Below the pieces are notes generated by a model. It worked only from the letters and a program-made list of their open reading frames with translations, was not told the origin of the DNA and did not search any database. Shown one piece after another: positions 41,539 through 41,540 of a stretch of DNA of 41,540 nucleotides. Origin of the DNA: an uncultured Candidatus Saccharibacteria bacterium (lineage in GTDB: Bacteria; Patescibacteriota; Minisyncoccia; GCA-002772825); contig CAYIGM010000003.1 of the NCBI GenBank assembly GCA_964363045.1, positions 1 to 41,540 of the forward strand. The letters are read 5' to 3'. How positions within the stretch are numbered: position 1 is the stretch's first letter; each line of letters opens with the position of its first letter. A program made the translations under genes and the position numbers.

Positions 41539-41540
41539 TT

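Noticed and set aside
1-41540. Alternative genetic code (UGA reassigned, as in some candidate phyla), tRNA or rRNA genes, and transposases or integrases.
   Set aside because: Well-supported genes end in TGA (for example the ATP-grasp gene at 10355-10357) and have normal lengths. I could not recognise any tRNA cloverleaf/T-arm consensus, rRNA segment, or transposase/integrase ORF in either strand.

Overview
This is a 41.5-kb AT-rich bacterial fragment. Sampled 60-nt lines are about 28-35% GC. There are no rRNA, tRNA or CRISPR features that I can recognise, and TGA is used as a stop codon (standard code 11). The gene content and the many compact genes suggest a reduced-genome, CPR/Patescibacteria-like organism; that is an inference.

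The window has three parts.

(1) Positions 1-14.2 kb are accessory DNA. A sensor histidine kinase (HK) 3' end (intact copy ends at 721) recurs as four truncated direct copies, at 3172-3334, 7167-7447, 8202-8231 and 8902-9081. Each copy lies immediately 5' of a different cargo. The cargos are:
- a 47-aa His-rich, Cys-free peptide with a radical SAM/SPASM enzyme and an HExxH protein;
- an ATP-grasp-like protein and a methyltransferase, convergent with a radical SAM / P-loop / Nudix operon;
- a 47-aa ORF with a frameshifted CYTH gene;
- an MntA/HepT toxin-antitoxin pair;
- a 47-aa peptide carrying a TTxxxxDE motif with an MvdD/MdnC-type ATP-grasp ligase (graspetide-like).

A 126-nt leader is nearly identical in front of the two peptide genes, which are otherwise unrelated. 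A third, partial copy of the leader precedes a truncated 8-aa ORF. I consider this repeat-delimited, multi-class RiPP-like cassette array the most novel system in the window.

(2) Positions 14.3-39.8 kb are housekeeping: trpS, an ABC exporter, aspS, scpAB, a D-Ala-D-Ala carboxypeptidase, mraY, an amidohydrolase, ftsW, murG, gltX, an M23 peptidase, truB, a cyclophilin, typA and csp. Many of these genes have a TATAAT-type -10 box only 6-9 nt upstream of the start codon and no Shine-Dalgarno (SD) sequence.

(3) The last ~1.4 kb is a strikingly GC-rich partial purB-like gene.
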